DNA from: Camelus ferus | Lineage: Eukaryota | Assembly: GCF_009834535.1 (NCBI RefSeq) | Contig: NC_045696.1 | Location: forward strand, 78,866,001-78,930,000 | Reading direction: 5' to 3' | Length of the DNA: 64,000 nucleotides | Shown here: in pieces, positions 63,541 to 64,000 of the stretch | Position numbering within the stretch: position 1 is the first letter of the stretch | Layout of the letters: each line of letters begins with the position of its first letter | The notes under the pieces: model-generated | The model's input: only the letters and a program-made list of their open reading frames with translations | The model's database searches: none | What the model was told of the DNA's origin: nothing | Position numbers and translations under genes: made by a program

Positions 63541-64000
63541 ATTTATTTATTTATTTATTTTTTAACATTTTTTATTGATTTATAATCATTTTACAATGTT
63601 GTGTCAAATTCCAGTGTTCAGCACAATTTTTCAGTTATTCATGGACATATACACACTCATTGTCACATTTTTTTCTCTGTGAGTTATCATAACATTTTGT
63701 GTATATTTCCCTGTGCTATACAGTGTAGTCTATTCTACAATTTTGAAATCCCAGTCTATCCCTTCCCACCCTCCACCCCCTGGTAACCACAAGTCTGTAT
63801 TCTCTGTCTGTGAGTCTATTTCTGTCCTTTATTTATGCTTTGTTTTTGTTTGTTTGTTTGTTTGTTTTTGTTTTTTAGATTCCACATATGAGCCATCTCA
63901 TATAGTATTTTTCTTTCTCTTTCTGGCTTACTTCACTTAGAATGACATTCTCCAGGAGCATCCATGTTGCTGCAAATGGCATTATGTTGTCGGTTTTTAT
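63541..64000 (-). mobile_element. Relatively young L1 3' end (camelid-like), running off the window
   Basis: (ATTT)n/poly-T tail, TTTTATTGATTTATAATCATTTTACAATGTTGTGTCAAATTCCAGTG, C-rich tract 63760-63780 (G-rich 3'UTR tract on L1 sense), TTAGATTCCACATATGAG, ATCCATGTTGCTGCAAATGGC. Confidence 0.9.

Noticed and set aside
1..64000. Remaining 60-102 aa ORFs as genes; prokaryote-type systems (operons, CRISPR arrays, defence islands)
   Set aside because: The sequence is eutherian repeat-rich non-coding DNA; the ORFs are short, low-complexity or repeat-derived, and I saw no regularly spaced repeat-spacer array

Overview
This is AT-rich, CpG-poor mammalian (eutherian) non-coding DNA, either a large intron or intergenic sequence. 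I recognise no protein-coding exon, RNA gene, CpG island or prokaryotic system, and all listed ORFs look like chance ORFs. The window is covered with ancient repeats: MIR, L2, L1MC/L1ME, MER5 and MaLR/ERVL solo LTRs. It also has two younger L1 3' ends. Their sequences, together with the absence of any recognisable Alu, B1/B2, Bov-A/BovB, PRE-1 or CanSINE, suggest a cetartiodactyl, most likely a camelid (recalled similarity, not a database search). The most notable items are: (1) a convergent pair of strong CTCF motifs (7371 + and 50974 -, the latter with the upstream module) about 43.6 kb apart; (2) a complete MLT1 solo LTR carrying a ~200-bp internal inversion with a palindrome at one junction, plus a nested L1 3' end; (3) an old 125-bp non-tandem local duplication ending in a short repeat seam; (4) two perfect inverted repeats; (5) several repeat-free, motif-dense candidate enhancers, including RFX X-box and TALE-dimer clusters; and (6) a few weak candidate small exons. 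I found no support for a novel multi-gene system. Repeat boundaries and subfamily names were assigned by eye and are approximate.
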